Assembly (NCBI GenBank): GCA_965224245.1
Contig: OZ245046.1
Location: 2,240,001-2,304,000, forward strand
Length of the DNA: 64,000 nt
Direction of reading: 5' to 3'
Source of the DNA: Candidatus Eiseniibacteriota bacterium
GTDB lineage: Bacteria > Eisenbacteria > RBG-16-71-46 > CAZAMP01
Made by a program: the position numbers and the translations under genes. Shown piece by piece: positions 30,878-40,436 of this stretch. The number at the start of each line of letters is the position of its first letter. The first letter of the stretch is position 1. The notes beneath the pieces are model-generated. The model had not been told where the DNA came from. It did no database searches and saw only the letters and a program-made list of their open reading frames with translations.

Positions 30878-32590
30878 CTAGTCGCCGCCGCCGTTCCGTC
30901 GCTCGCGGCCTCGCCGATCGGTGCGTCGCGCCCGGCGCTCCGGGTTCTCGGCGATCGGAAGGCTCAGCCAGTACAGGAGCCCATCGCCGGACTCGCTGCG
31001 CGCACGGAGCTGCCCTCCGTGTTCGTTCACGATCTGATCGGCCAGGGACAGGCCGTGATCGGCCGAGCCCGGCTCGCCCGGCCCGAACGGCCGAAACAGG
31101 CTCTCGAGGATCCCGCCCGCCACGCGCCGGCCGGGGATGCGAAGCTCCACCACGACCTCCTTGCTCTGCAGCCGGGTGGTCACGATGGCCTCACCGTCGT
31201 CGACACCGGAGAGCCCGTGCCGGAGCAGCGTCACGAGGACGGTCCGGATCCTGGCCACGTCCAGGAGCAGGGGGGGAAGATCGCCCTGCAGGCGTAGCGA
31301 CACGTCTGCGGCGGGCCGCCCCGGCTCGGCGTCCCGTAGCGTCTCGGTGGCCTCGTAGACGACGTCGTTGATGTCGGAGAGCCGGAGCCGCGCCGGCTCG
31401 GAACGCGTCAGCGCGGCGAACTCCTCGAGCAGCTCGATGGCGCGATCCATCCGTCGGCGCACGGCCGACGATCGCGCATCGGCCTCGGTGTCCGACGTCG
31501 CGGCCGTCACGCCCGGCAGCTCCTCGTCTAGCGGCGTCAGGCACTCCTCGAGCGCGCTCGCGGCCGCCTTGCAGAGATCGAACCGCGCGCCATCGCGTTC
31601 GAGCCGCTCGACCCGGCGGCGATGGTCGTGGAGGTCGCGCTCCAGTCCCGCGACGCGATCCTGCAGGCGCACCTGATGAAGCGCCGTCGCCGCCACGTTC
31701 GCGGCCGTGGTCAGCGCCTCGCGAACGCCCGGCACCGGCTCGGCACCGAGAAACGGCATGCCGGCCGCGTAGTCGATCACGACGATGCAGCCGTGTACGG
31801 CGTCGTACGCCGAGAACGGCTCCACCAGCACGCGAGAGATGCCCGCGTCGTCACAGTACCCGAAGTGCGTGCTCGTGTCGGTGCGCGACACGCTGATGCT
31901 GGCCGGCGTCGCCTGCACGTCGGCCACCAGCCGCTCCAGCGTGCGCTGCCACCCGGCGTCGACGCTCCCCTGGGTCACCTGTGCGATGCACTCCGGCGCG
32001 TTCGATCGCTCGAAGCGCCAGACCGACACGTCCTTCGCGCCCGACAGCTCGGCCAGGTCTCCGGCGTTCAGCCGGAGGGCCCGGTGCAGCGACGTCTCCT
32101 GAAGCGCGCGGCGGCTGACCTCCTCGACGAACGCCAGCGCCGCGCGCCGCTGCTCGTCGGACCAGGTATGCGCCGCGCGGCCGAGCTCTCGCCCCAGCCG
32201 CGAGACGACGCCTTCGAACAGGAACCGGGCGTCGGCGCCGGTCGCCTCGTCCGAATCGGCCAGTGCGAACCAGACGGCTGTCTCCGGCCGTTCGAGCGCC
32301 CGCACGGGATAGGCCACGCCGGCCTGATCGTCGCCCGGCCACGCCCCGGGAACCGGGCGGCCGGTTGCCACGGCCTGGGTCACGGGATGGTCGACGGCCC
32401 CCGGTGCGACCCGCTCGCGGCCCCCTTCGTCCTCGAACGCGTCGGTCAGGGGGTTGCGGAACAGCACCACGGCGTCGGCGACGCCGGACAGGGCGCGGCA
32501 CTCGAGCTGGAAGTCGGCGACGACCTCGGCCACGAGATCGTGAGGATGGTGGTCGACGGCCGCTACCGAGGTCGACGGGTCGGTGGCCAA
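30878..32590 (-). CDS. GAF-domain histidine-kinase-like protein with degenerate catalytic motifs
   Basis: GAF-like regions, coiled coil, HATPase-like C-terminus (LFRPF..GLSLADQIVNEHGGQL...G..YWLSLP); TTG start with AAGGAG SD. Confidence 0.75.
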   Translation of the reverse strand: MATDPSTSVAAVDHHPHDLVAEVVADFQLECRALSGVADAVVLFRNPLTDAFEDEGGRERVAPGAVDHPVTQAVATGRPVPGAWPGDDQAGVAYPVRALERPETAVWFALADSDEATGADARFLFEGVVSRLGRELGRAAHTWSDEQRRAALAFVEEVSRRALQETSLHRALRLNAGDLAELSGAKDVSVWRFERSNAPECIAQVTQGSVDAGWQRTLERLVADVQATPASISVSRTDTSTHFGYCDDAGISRVLVEPFSAYDAVHGCIVVIDYAAGMPFLGAEPVPGVREALTTAANVAATALHQVRLQDRVAGLERDLHDHRRRVERLERDGARFDLCKAAASALEECLTPLDEELPGVTAATSDTEADARSSAVRRRMDRAIELLEEFAALTRSEPARLRLSDINDVVYEATETLRDAEPGRPAADVSLRLQGDLPPLLLDVARIRTVLVTLLRHGLSGVDDGEAIVTTRLQSKEVVVELRIPGRRVAGGILESLFRPFGPGEPGSADHGLSLADQIVNEHGGQLRARSESGDGLLYWLSLPIAENPERRARRTDRRGRERRNGGGD

Positions 32591-32805
32591 CGTTGCGTCT
32601 CCTTGCGCGCTCCCGGTTGTGCGCCGGTGGTCACGATCGAGCCGGCGAGCGAGTCTCCTCGCCATCTCGCCTTTTCATCGGGCCCCCGGCCGGAGGACTT
32701 GAGCCGGTGTGTGCGCCACGTCGGGTGGGCAGGATCGCGCGGCAAACGCTGTTCGTGGGCCCGGTCCGGCTCGTTCCCGCCGCTCGACACGCGCGGGGTC
32801 ACCGA

Positions 32806-34185
32806 CTACCAGGCGCCCGCGCGCTTCCACCGACCGCGCCGGAACCAGACCGCGAGCAGGATGCCGCGGAGCGCGCTCGTGATCGTGAGCATCCACCAGA
32901 TCGACACCGGTCCCAGCTCGAGACGGAACGCCAGGAGGTACCCGAGCGGGATCCGGATCAGCGACAGCGCCGAGGAGATGATGCCGGGGGGCAGCGTGTT
33001 GCCGGCGCCCGTGAACGCTCCGAACACGGCGATCTCCACCCCCATCCAGAGCTGGCACAGCGCCAGGATGCGCAGGAACCGCGCACCCTCGGTCACGATC
33101 GCCACGTCGTCGGAGAAGAGCCCGAACACCGGCTCGGCGAACACCAGGAAGGCCAGCCCGACCGTGCCCGTGAAGATTGCGGACTGCAGGGCGGCCATCC
33201 AGGCGGCGCGCTCGGCCAGCCGGGTGTCGCCCGCGCCGAGCGACTGACCCACCATGGTGCTCGCGGCGATCGAGAACCCGTTCGCGATCAGGTAGTTGAT
33301 GGACTCCAGGCGATTGCCCACCCCGAGCACGGCCAGGGGCGCGTTGCCCAGCGTCGCCACGACGTTCGACAGAAAGAGGTACACGAGCGTGAACAGCCCG
33401 GCGTTGAAGGACCCCGGGGTGCCGACGCGAAGGAGCCGGCCCCAGATCGCGGGCGCGGGACGTCGGATCTGATGCCAGGTCGGACGGAGCGGCGTCCGTC
33501 CCCGGGCAATGTACAGGACGTAGGCGCTCACCCCGACGAGATGGGCGATGACGGTCGCGATGGCGGCACCGGTGACGCCCCACCTCGGAAACGGACCCCA
33601 GCCGAGGATCAGGAACGGGTCGAGAGCCGCGTTCACGCTCAGCATCACCACGGACAGGAACATCGGCGTCCGCGTGTCGCCGGCCGCACGCAGGACCGAT
33701 TCGAACGCCATGAACACGAAGATCGCGGCGGACCCCCACAGGAGCACCGAGAGGTACGCCTCGCCCAGCGCGCTCACCTCGGGAGCGGCGCCGACGAAGT
33801 CGAACGTGGCACGGCACACCGCGCGCGAGACCACGGCCACGATGACGCCCATCACCAGCGCGAGCTGAAGCCCGCCCGCGACCGCGCGTCGAGCGCGATC
33901 CAGATCGCCCGCGCCGACCGCGCGTGCGACCAGCGCGGGAATGCCCATCTCGATCGCGGCCCCGAGCGCCCAGAGAATCCATGCGGCGAAGTGTGCCGGC
34001 GAGAGCGCGGCCAGTGCCGTCGGTCCCAGACGCCCGATCCAGTAAGCATCCACGAGGCTGTACAGCGTGCCCAGCCCCATCGCGATCATGACCGGCCACG
34101 CCAGGGCGAAGACGCGCCTGGCGAGCGACGCGTGTCCGATCACGCCGATGAACGGCGTCGTTTCTGCCGTCGGCCTGTCGTCCAC
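32806..34185 (-). CDS. MATE family efflux transporter
   Basis: LAWPVM..VDAYWIGRLG, LRAAGDTRTPM..LDPFLI...GVTGAAIATV, about 12 TM segments. Confidence 0.92.
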   Translation of the reverse strand: MDDRPTAETTPFIGVIGHASLARRVFALAWPVMIAMGLGTLYSLVDAYWIGRLGPTALAALSPAHFAAWILWALGAAIEMGIPALVARAVGAGDLDRARRAVAGGLQLALVMGVIVAVVSRAVCRATFDFVGAAPEVSALGEAYLSVLLWGSAAIFVFMAFESVLRAAGDTRTPMFLSVVMLSVNAALDPFLILGWGPFPRWGVTGAAIATVIAHLVGVSAYVLYIARGRTPLRPTWHQIRRPAPAIWGRLLRVGTPGSFNAGLFTLVYLFLSNVVATLGNAPLAVLGVGNRLESINYLIANGFSIAASTMVGQSLGAGDTRLAERAAWMAALQSAIFTGTVGLAFLVFAEPVFGLFSDDVAIVTEGARFLRILALCQLWMGVEIAVFGAFTGAGNTLPPGIISSALSLIRIPLGYLLAFRLELGPVSIWWMLTITSALRGILLAVWFRRGRWKRAGAW

Positions 34186-34295
34186 CGTTCACCCCGTTCA
34201 CGGTCGTTCACCCTCGGACGGCTGCTCCCGGCACCTCCAGCGGCTCGCGGGACGAGCCGGCGCCGCGGTGGTCACGAAGCGGGCGAGTATAGCCT

Positions 34296-34342
34296 GCGCG
34301 CTCGTCCCCTCGCGCGGCGCGCTCGTCCCCTCGCGCGGCGCG
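34296..34342. repeat. 21-nt tandem repeat upstream of the MATE gene
   Basis: GCGCGCTCGTCCCCTCGCGCG x2 plus partial. Confidence 0.8.
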
Positions 34343-34773
34343 TTTGCGCCGGTGCATTGCGCACGCGGCCCCGTGCAGTTTGCGTGTCGGTGGGTCTGGA
34401 TCCGATGGTGACGGCCACGGCAACGGACCGTCGAAATGATTGAATTGACATGCCTTACGAGGTCAGACGGAGGCCTGGCCCGTGCATTGCGTCACGTGGG
34501 AACCGACTCCCGTCGCCCTGGTGCCGGCGGCAGGTCTCCCCGGCCTGCCGCCGGCGCCGACCTCTCGCGACGCGTCCCCGCACGCGTCGTCGGGCGTCCC
34601 AGGGCTCCGCCTGCCCGAACGCTTCCGGGCACGGCTCACGAACCTGCGAAGCTCGCCTGACGCGGAGCGCACTGGATGCAGACGTCGCGTCTCGCGCAGA
34701 CGTCGCGCCGCCCGCGAACGGGGCAGTCCGAGCACCTCACCGCGTGGAGCCGGTGGAAGAGCAAACCGCGGGG

Positions 34774-34804
34774 AAAAGAAAGAGCCTGCGCCGGAGCGCA
34801 GGCT
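34774..34804 (-). terminator. Intrinsic terminator in the LysR-MATE intergenic region
   Basis: Minus strand AGCCTGCGC-TCCG-GCGCAGGCT followed by CTTTCTTTT. Confidence 0.75.
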
Positions 34805-35043
34805 ACCCGAAGTCTCCCGGCATCGACCGGGCGCGATCCCCGCCTTGCCGTGCTTGCCGATGAGCGAAAGTGCGACACCAACGTCGCCACTCCCGGCAGT
34901 GCACGGGCCGGCAGCAAACCTCGGAAGCGACGGGGTCTCAACGGTCACGTGTGTCGCACGGCTCCCCGACGCTTCGGGGCCGCGACAGTGCAGATCGTGT
35001 GCCACGGAACGGCGTCGGACGACTCCGCCTCGCGCGCATGGAC

Positions 35044-36000
35044 TTAGCGTTTCGGTCGCGAGGATCGACGGCGGGCGCCTCGTGCGTTTCGCAACGTCCG
35101 CATGCGTTTCGCACGTTCAGCCAGGTGCTCGGTCGCGAGCTCGCGAAAGGCGCGCGCCGCGGGCGAGACCGGCCGTCCGGACGCGGTCGCGAAGCCCAGT
35201 GTGCGCGTCGCTCGAAACCCGACGAGCGGGATCCGGGCGAGCCGCCCCTCGGCGACCTCCTCGGCGACCAGCGCCTCGGGCAGCACGGCGTACCCGAGAC
35301 CGACCTCCACCAGACGCTTCATGGCCTCGGGGGATCCCATCTCCATCGTGACCCGCGCGTCGACACCGGCATCGGCCAGGGCCCGATCGATCGTCCCCCG
35401 TGTGACCGACCCCGTTGGATAGCCGATCATGGCCAGCTCGGTGAGTGCGGGCGCCCGTATGCGGCGTCTGACCGCCAGCGCGTGCGTGGGTGCGATCACC
35501 ATCACGAGCCGCTCGGTCTCGAGCTCCTCGGTATCGAGGGCCCGGTCGGGCGCGGGCAGCGTCAGGACCGCCAGATCCAGCTCTCCGGTGCGAAGCCCCC
35601 TCGCCAGGACCCGCGACGAGTCCACCGAGACCCGGAACCCCACCCGCGGATGGCGCTCCCGGAACTCGCGGTATACCGCCGGAAGGAGATACACGCTGAC
35701 CGCGTCCGTCGTCCCGAGCCTCAGCTCGCCCCCCTCGAGTCGACCGGCCTGTCCCAGCTCCCAGCGAATCGACTCGCGATGCGCGGCGATCGCGGTGGCG
35801 TGCTCGAGCAGGACGGCTCCGGCGTCGGTCGTCCGCGCCTCGCCTCGCCGGCGCTCCACCAGCTGGGTCCCCAGCTCGGCCTCCAGGCGCTGCACGGCCA
35901 GGCTCACCGCCGGCTGGGTGAGGTAGGTCTGCTCCGCCGCCCGGGTGAAGCTCCTCGTCCGGACCACGGCGAGGAAGATGTCGAGGTCGCGCAGCTCCAT
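35044..36000 (-). CDS. LysR-family transcriptional regulator
   Basis: MELRDLDIFLAVVRTRSFTRAAEQTYLTQPAVSLAVQRLEAELG HTH plus substrate-binding domain. Confidence 0.95.
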   Translation of the reverse strand: MELRDLDIFLAVVRTRSFTRAAEQTYLTQPAVSLAVQRLEAELGTQLVERRRGEARTTDAGAVLLEHATAIAAHRESIRWELGQAGRLEGGELRLGTTDAVSVYLLPAVYREFRERHPRVGFRVSVDSSRVLARGLRTGELDLAVLTLPAPDRALDTEELETERLVMVIAPTHALAVRRRIRAPALTELAMIGYPTGSVTRGTIDRALADAGVDARVTMEMGSPEAMKRLVEVGLGYAVLPEALVAEEVAEGRLARIPLVGFRATRTLGFATASGRPVSPAARAFRELATEHLAERAKRMRTLRNARGARRRSSRPKR

Positions 36001-36006
36001 GTGAAG

Positions 36007-36021
36007 ATAAGTATCGCTCAT
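36007..36021. promoter_or_regulatory. LysR box (T-N11-A) between lysR and ino1
   Basis: ATAAG-TATCG-CTCAT near-palindrome in an AT-rich patch 6 nt from the LysR start. Confidence 0.6.
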
Positions 36022-36137
36022 GAATGACATATCAAACATAAATTTCGCTCACATCCCGGGACCCCCTACCGTGCGGGCGAGATCGGCACGGCTCACCGGC
36101 ACGGGCACGGCGCCCGGCATTCACCTGGAGATTCACG

Positions 36138-37448
36138 ATGTCCAAGATGACCATCGCCCCCGCCCAGGGCCGCCTCGGTGTCCTTCTTCCCGGACTCGGC
36201 GCGGTCGGCACCACGTTCATCGCCGGCTGCCTGGCCGCCCGACGCGGTCTGGCCAAGCCCATCGGGTCGCTGACCCAGATGGGGACGATCCGGCTGGGCA
36301 AGCGCACCGACGATCGCGTTCCCATGATCCGCGACTTCGTACCCCTCGCCGGGCTCGACGACCTGGCGTTCGGCGGCTGGGACATCTTCGAGGACGACTG
36401 CTACGAGGCGGCGATCAAGTCCGGCGTCCTCGAGCGCGAGCTCCTGGACTCGATCCGGGAGGAGCTGTCCGCCATCGAGCCGATGCCGGCGGTGTTCGAT
36501 CGGCGTTACGTCAAGAAGCTCGACGGCCCCAACGTCAAGACGGGCGGCACCTGGTGGGACAAGGCGCAGGCCCTGAAGGACGACATCGAGCGTTTCCGGA
36601 CCGAGATGGGCTGCGATCGCCTGGTGATGGTCTGGTGCGGATCCACCGAGATCTACCAGGAGCCGGGCCCCGAGCATGCCAGCGTGAAGGCGTTCGAGGA
36701 GGCCATGAAGGCCGACAGTCCGAAGATCTCGCCCAGCATGGTCTACGCGTACGCGGCCATCTCGTCACGCGTGCCCTACGCGAACGGCGCTCCCCAGGTC
36801 TGCAACGAGGTGCCGGCGCTGATCGAGCTCGCCCGGGAGCTGCGCGTGCCGATCGCGGGCAAGGACTTCAAGACCGGCCAGACGCTGATGAAGACGATCC
36901 TGGCCCCCGGCCTGAAGGCTCGCATGCTGGGGCTGAACGGCTGGTTCTCCACGAACATCCTCGGCAATCGCGACGGTGAGGTACTCGACGACCCCGACTC
37001 GTTCAAGTCGAAGGAGGTCTCGAAGCTGGGGGTGCTCGACTACATCCTTCAGCCCGACAAGTACCCCGACCTCTACGACGGCTTCTATCACAAGGTCCGC
37101 ATCAACTACTATCCGCCGCGCGGCGACAACAAAGAGGGCTGGGACAACATCGACATCTTCGGGTGGCTCGGCTATCCGATGCAGATCAAGGTGGACTTCC
37201 TGTGCCGTGACTCGATCCTGGCCGCGCCCATCGTGCTCGACCTGGCGCTGTTCATGGACCTGGCCCATCGGGCGGACATGCGCGGGATCCAGGAGTGGCT
37301 CTCGTTCTACTTCAAGGCGCCGATCACCGCACCGGGCCTCTACCCCGAGCACGATCTGTTCATCCAGCTGATGAAGCTCAAGAACACGCTGCGCCACATG
37401 CAGGGCGAGGAGCTGATCACGCACCTCGGAAACGAGTACTACGACTAG
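36138..37448 (+). CDS. ino1: Inositol-3-phosphate synthase (myo-inositol-1-phosphate synthase)
   Basis: GLGAVGTT, FGGWDI, GKDFKTGQTLMK, NILGNRDG, RDSILAAPIVLDL. Confidence 0.95.
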   Translation: MSKMTIAPAQGRLGVLLPGLGAVGTTFIAGCLAARRGLAKPIGSLTQMGTIRLGKRTDDRVPMIRDFVPLAGLDDLAFGGWDIFEDDCYEAAIKSGVLERELLDSIREELSAIEPMPAVFDRRYVKKLDGPNVKTGGTWWDKAQALKDDIERFRTEMGCDRLVMVWCGSTEIYQEPGPEHASVKAFEEAMKADSPKISPSMVYAYAAISSRVPYANGAPQVCNEVPALIELARELRVPIAGKDFKTGQTLMKTILAPGLKARMLGLNGWFSTNILGNRDGEVLDDPDSFKSKEVSKLGVLDYILQPDKYPDLYDGFYHKVRINYYPPRGDNKEGWDNIDIFGWLGYPMQIKVDFLCRDSILAAPIVLDLALFMDLAHRADMRGIQEWLSFYFKAPITAPGLYPEHDLFIQLMKLKNTLRHMQGEELITHLGNEYYD

Positions 37449-37455
37449 TCGGGGC

Positions 37456-37481
37456 CGCGCCCGCCCACGGGGGCGGGCGCG
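37456..37481. terminator. Perfect GC hairpin between convergent ino1 and hddA
   Basis: CGCGCCCGCCC-ACGG-GGGCGGGCGCG; no U-tract. Confidence 0.55.
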
Positions 37482-37506
37482 ATCACGGAGCCAGCCCGCC
37501 GGACCG

Positions 37507-38526
37507 TCAACGCATCCAGGCCTGGACGCCGCCGTGCCAGAACCCGGTGTGCACCACCTCGGCGCCCGCCGACCGGAGCGCCTCGATCACGTGGTGGCGA
37601 CGGTCGAAGTCGGTGAAGAAGAACATGAACCCGCCACCGCCGGCGCCGGTGATCTTGCCGCCGAGGGCACCCGCGGCTCGCGCGGCGTCGTACAGGGCGT
37701 CGATCTCGGGGGACGAGATGCGGGCCGACATCCGCTTCTTGACCGCCCACGCCTCGTCGAGAAGCGACCCGAAGCGCGTCATCTCACCCCGGAACAGCGC
37801 GCGCTTCATCTCCAGGGCCAGGGCCTTGGTCGCGTCCATGGCCGCGATCGCGTCCGCCTCCGCGTCGGTGTAGTTCTTGATCTGATCGGCGATGATGTCC
37901 GACGAGAAGCGACTCTGCCCGGTGTACGCGAGCACGGTCGCGTACTCGAGCTCGGCGATCCACTGGTCGGGGATCCGGAGCGGGTTCACCAGGACGTCGT
38001 CTCCGGCGAACTCCATGAAGTTGAAGCCGCCGAACGAGGCCGCGTAGGGATCCTGCCGGCCGCCCTTGATGCCCAGATCCGTCCGCTCGATGGTGACCGC
38101 GAGCCTGGCCGTCTCGTACGGGTTCAGACCCAGTCGCAGCCAGTGGTCGAACGCCCCGATCAGGGCCACCACCATCGTGGACGACGCCCCCAGCCCCGAG
38201 CCCGGCGGACAGTCGGTGTGCGTGAACAGCGTGAAGCCCTGCCGCTGCTGATCCACGCCGAGCCGGCGGATCACCCCCTTGGCCAGGTCCATCTGATAGT
38301 CGAACGGCGGAATCTCGTCGTCGATCCCGTAGCTGACCTCGTCGTCGTAGTCGAGCGAGCGAAGCGTGATCACTCCGCTGTCGTTCGGCACCAGCGTGAC
38401 GTAGGCGAACCGGTTGATGGTCGCGTTCAGGATCAGCCCGCCGCGCTCGGTCGCGTACGGGTCGACGTCGGTTCCGCCGCCCCCGAAGCTGATGCGAAGC
38501 GGCGCTCGGGCTCGAACGATCTTCAC
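37507..38526 (-). CDS. hddA: D-glycero-alpha-D-manno-heptose-7-phosphate kinase (GHMP family)
   Basis: RAPLRISFGGGGTDV, PPGSGLGASS, GGRQD, GGKITGAGGGGF. Confidence 0.85.
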   Translation of the reverse strand: MKIVRARAPLRISFGGGGTDVDPYATERGGLILNATINRFAYVTLVPNDSGVITLRSLDYDDEVSYGIDDEIPPFDYQMDLAKGVIRRLGVDQQRQGFTLFTHTDCPPGSGLGASSTMVVALIGAFDHWLRLGLNPYETARLAVTIERTDLGIKGGRQDPYAASFGGFNFMEFAGDDVLVNPLRIPDQWIAELEYATVLAYTGQSRFSSDIIADQIKNYTDAEADAIAAMDATKALALEMKRALFRGEMTRFGSLLDEAWAVKKRMSARISSPEIDALYDAARAAGALGGKITGAGGGGFMFFFTDFDRRHHVIEALRSAGAEVVHTGFWHGGVQAWMR

Positions 38527-38529
38527 GAG

Positions 38530-39276
38530 CTAGTCCCCTCCGGTTGGGCGCCGGCGCTCCGGGCGCCCGCCGACGATCGACGCCGCACGCGCGTAGTCCT
38601 CGGGCGTCCCGATGTCCAGGAACGTGGCGTCCGGGTACCGGTGTGCCCGGAGCGTGCGAGCGAGCATCGTGGGAAAGACGTCCCGCTCGATCGAGACGGG
38701 CCGATCATCCGGGATGCGGTCGATCGCCTCGGGCTCCAGCACGTACCACCCCGCGTTGATCCACCCCGCACCGGCCGACTCGCGCTTCTCGTTGAACGCC
38801 AGCACGCGGCCGTCGCCATCGAGGTCGAGCGTACCATAGCGCGATGCGTCGTCGACGCGAACCGAGGCCAGCGTGGCCAGCGCCCGCGACGACCGATGCG
38901 CGTCGACCATCTCGGAGAGCACGCCCGTCAGGTACGTGTCACCGTTCATCACGACCACGCACCCATCCAGTGCGGCCCGGCGGTAGACGAAACGGATCGC
39001 GCCGCCGGTCCCGAGCGGACTGGGCTCACGGATACACCGGACACGGGGCGTCGCGTCGGGGCGCGCGGCCAGGTATGCGTCGAACGCGTCGGCCAGATGT
39101 CCCACGCTCAGCCAGACCGACCCCACGTTCTCCTCGGCGAGCCGATCGAGGATGACGTCGAGGAACGGTCGCCCCCCGACGTCGGCCAGTACCTTCGGAC
39201 GATCGGCCACCGCGGGCCGAAGTCGGGTGCCGAGCCCCCCGCACAGCACGATCACCGGGACGCCGAGATCGCTCAC
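38530..39276 (-). CDS. hddC: Sugar-1-phosphate nucleotidyltransferase, likely heptose-1-P guanylyltransferase
   Basis: LCGGLGTRLR..PKVL, EPSPLGTGGA, NGDTY, FLDIGTPEDY; adjacent to hddA. Confidence 0.75.
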   Translation of the reverse strand: MSDLGVPVIVLCGGLGTRLRPAVADRPKVLADVGGRPFLDVILDRLAEENVGSVWLSVGHLADAFDAYLAARPDATPRVRCIREPSPLGTGGAIRFVYRRAALDGCVVVMNGDTYLTGVLSEMVDAHRSSRALATLASVRVDDASRYGTLDLDGDGRVLAFNEKRESAGAGWINAGWYVLEPEAIDRIPDDRPVSIERDVFPTMLARTLRAHRYPDATFLDIGTPEDYARAASIVGGRPERRRPTGGD

Positions 39277-40436
39277 GTCACACCCGCCTCCGCCATCAAC
39301 GACTCGATGGCCTCGTAGAGCGGATCCCAGGAGAAGCGCGGCTTCTCGGCCCGGACGCCGGCGACGAGTTGCTCGCTCATGTCCTCTCGAAAGAAGCGCG
39401 TCACGGCGGCCGCCAGCGCATCGGGGTCGTTCGGCGGCACCACGAGGCCCGCACGCTCGTGGGGCACGATCTCCGCCAATCCCCCCACGTCGGTCACGAT
39501 CGTGGGCGTATCGAACTGGTACGCGATCTGGGCCACCCCGCTCTGCGTCGCGGTCACGTACGGCTGCACGACGACGTCCGCGGCGCTGAACAGCCGGGCC
39601 ACCTCTTCGGTGGCCACGTACTCCCCGCTCATGCGGACGTGCGCCTCCAGCCCGAGCTCGCGTACCCGCTGCCGGTACGGCTCCTCGGACTCGTAGAACT
39701 CGCCGGCCACCACGAGCTGCGCTGCTGGAACGTCCCGGACCACCGCCGGCAGCGCCTCCAGGAGCACGTGAAGCCCCTTGTAGCGCCGGATGAACCCGAA
39801 GAAGAGCATGACCGGGGCGTCGGGATCGAGTCCGAGCCGGCGCCGGGCCTCTCCCCTGGGGATCGGGTCTCCGAAGATGTCGTACGTGGGGTGCTGGACG
39901 CGCCGGCGCGGCGCGTGGACGCCGAGCGTGTCGAGATCCCTCGCCACCGCCTCGCTCAGGACGACGTGCCCGTCGCACGCGCGGAGGAAGTACCGGCTCA
40001 ACGAGTCGTTCAGCGGGCGCCGCTCGTGCGGAATCGCGTTGTCCACGATCGCGATCACCTTCGCTCCCCGCGCCCGGACCCGGCGCGCGATGACCCCACA
40101 GGACGGGGCGAAGAACGGCATCCAGTACTTGAACAGGACGCACTCCGCGCGCCAGCGGGTCAGATGAGAAGCCGTGCGGTACCAGCTCCGGGGATCGATC
40201 GTGTCGAGCAGACGAACGGCCCCGATCGGGTCGTCCACGTCGTCCTGCTCGAGCTGCGTCCGGCCGGGGAAGAGCCGCTCGGGGTACTGGCGGGTGAACG
40301 TGACCGCCGACACCTCGTGGCCGCGCGCCCGGAGCCCGGCGTACACGGTCTCCAGGAAGTGCGCGATGCCGCCCCGATACGGGTGGAACGTCCCCACCAG
40401 CGCGATGCGGCGTCCGGTCGACGGAGACGGCGACAC
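39273..40436 (-). CDS. Glycosyltransferase family 4
   Basis: HPYRGGIAHF, FFGFIRRYKG, PYVTATQSGV, TDVGGLAE. Confidence 0.9.
   Translation of the reverse strand: MSPSPSTGRRIALVGTFHPYRGGIAHFLETVYAGLRARGHEVSAVTFTRQYPERLFPGRTQLEQDDVDDPIGAVRLLDTIDPRSWYRTASHLTRWRAECVLFKYWMPFFAPSCGVIARRVRARGAKVIAIVDNAIPHERRPLNDSLSRYFLRACDGHVVLSEAVARDLDTLGVHAPRRRVQHPTYDIFGDPIPRGEARRRLGLDPDAPVMLFFGFIRRYKGLHVLLEALPAVVRDVPAAQLVVAGEFYESEEPYRQRVRELGLEAHVRMSGEYVATEEVARLFSAADVVVQPYVTATQSGVAQIAYQFDTPTIVTDVGGLAEIVPHERAGLVVPPNDPDALAAAVTRFFREDMSEQLVAGVRAEKPRFSWDPLYEAIESLMAEAGVT

Noticed and set aside
34905-34960. GCAAACC motif resembling a c-di-GMP-I riboswitch
   Set aside because: Lacks the GACGCAAAGC continuation and P2 features, and does not precede a same-strand gene
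34482-35351. 289-aa plus-strand ORF with GGAGG upstream
   Set aside because: Low-complexity, overlaps LysR antisense and crosses a terminator
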